DNA from: a virus
Lineage: Duplodnaviria > Caudoviricetes
Direction: 5' to 3' (one strand)
DNA: 45,579 bases
Virus record (IMG/VR): IMGVR_UViG_3300023222_000125
Coordinates: 1 to 45,579 of that record
Part shown: one piece after another, positions 45,069 to 45,579 of the stretch
Position numbering within the stretch: the first letter of the stretch is position 1
How the letters are laid out: every line of letters begins with the position of its first letter
The notes under the pieces: model-generated
Database searches by the model: none
What the model was told of the DNA's origin: nothing
Seen by the model: only the letters and a program-made list of their open reading frames with translations
Made by a program: the position numbers and the translations under genes

Positions 45069-45524
45069 TTAAGCTACGCGAACACAGACAAGCTCTGTTC
45101 CTGACGTGGTTACGATTTCATCCGAGTAGCAAAGAATGTCTACCGTGCCGTTTGTTGCTGCAACGGTCAACAAGCCTGGCGCAACACGCGTCAACGCAGT
45201 GCCTTTTACCAATGCTTGGCCCGTCACAACAAGAACATTAATAAACTCGCCCGAACGAGGCTGAATCGCTACCATGTTTTCGCTGATTGTCCACAAATCA
45301 TCAACACTCTTTGTGCGTTGCTGATCCTTATCAGCAACCAAAAACATCTCACCAAAAACTGTAGCCGCCGCATCGCTAAGCTCAAAGCCAGCATTCGCCG
45401 CCGCAAAATCGACAACCGAGCCGGGTGTTATTGCTTCCGTGGCCACTCCCTCAATATTGAGGGGCTTGTGGTTCATCCCATCGGCGGGGCCGACAAAGAT
45501 TACTCTTTTACCAATGACAGACAT
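45069..45524 (-). CDS. Head decoration/capsid auxiliary protein
   Basis: EG.A...I.PG motif. Start overlaps protease stop (TAATG) across junction. Confidence 0.75.
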   Translation of the reverse strand: MSVIGKRVIFVGPADGMNHKPLNIEGVATEAITPGSVVDFAAANAGFELSDAAATVFGEMFLVADKDQQRTKSVDDLWTISENMVAIQPRSGEFINVLVVTGQALVKGTALTRVAPGLLTVAATNGTVDILCYSDEIVTTSGTELVCVRVA

Positions 45525-45579
45525 TACTTTTCTCCCGGCATTTTGGACGATACGGTGTAGATATCGTCAGTTTGTGTAT
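45521..45579. repeat. Terminal direct repeat, copy 2
   Basis: Identical to 1-59. Confidence 0.97.

Overview
The window is one apparently complete, circularly permuted tailed-phage genome of about 45,520 bp. Positions 1-59 are repeated at 45521-45579, and the gene pair across the junction couples correctly. There are two divergent arms. The minus strand carries packaging and morphogenesis: TerS, TerL, portal, MuF, prohead protease/scaffold, then across the junction decoration protein, MCP, neck, a Mu-like contractile tail and baseplate, fibre and lysis genes. The plus strand (7696-26591) carries early and replication genes: Toprim primase/SF3 helicase, family A DNA polymerase, DEDDh exonuclease, Cas4-like nuclease, VRR-NUC, SNF2 helicase and many small ORFs. 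No integrase, tRNA or CRISPR array was recognised. The main candidate system is a MuF head protein fused through a Lys-rich (KKKPI)4 linker to an R-S-E, ExE-type ADP-ribosyltransferase, with an unannotated overlapping 48-aa acidic gene as possible immunity. Other notable items are a stand-alone domain resembling those attached to NADAR hydrolases, a duplicated consensus promoter cassette, a duplicated helicase start suggesting gene capture, a tRNA-like structured intergenic RNA, FCCH-like domains inserted in tail proteins, and a -1 frameshift in the tail chaperone. All family assignments come from motif recognition by eye, not from database searches.
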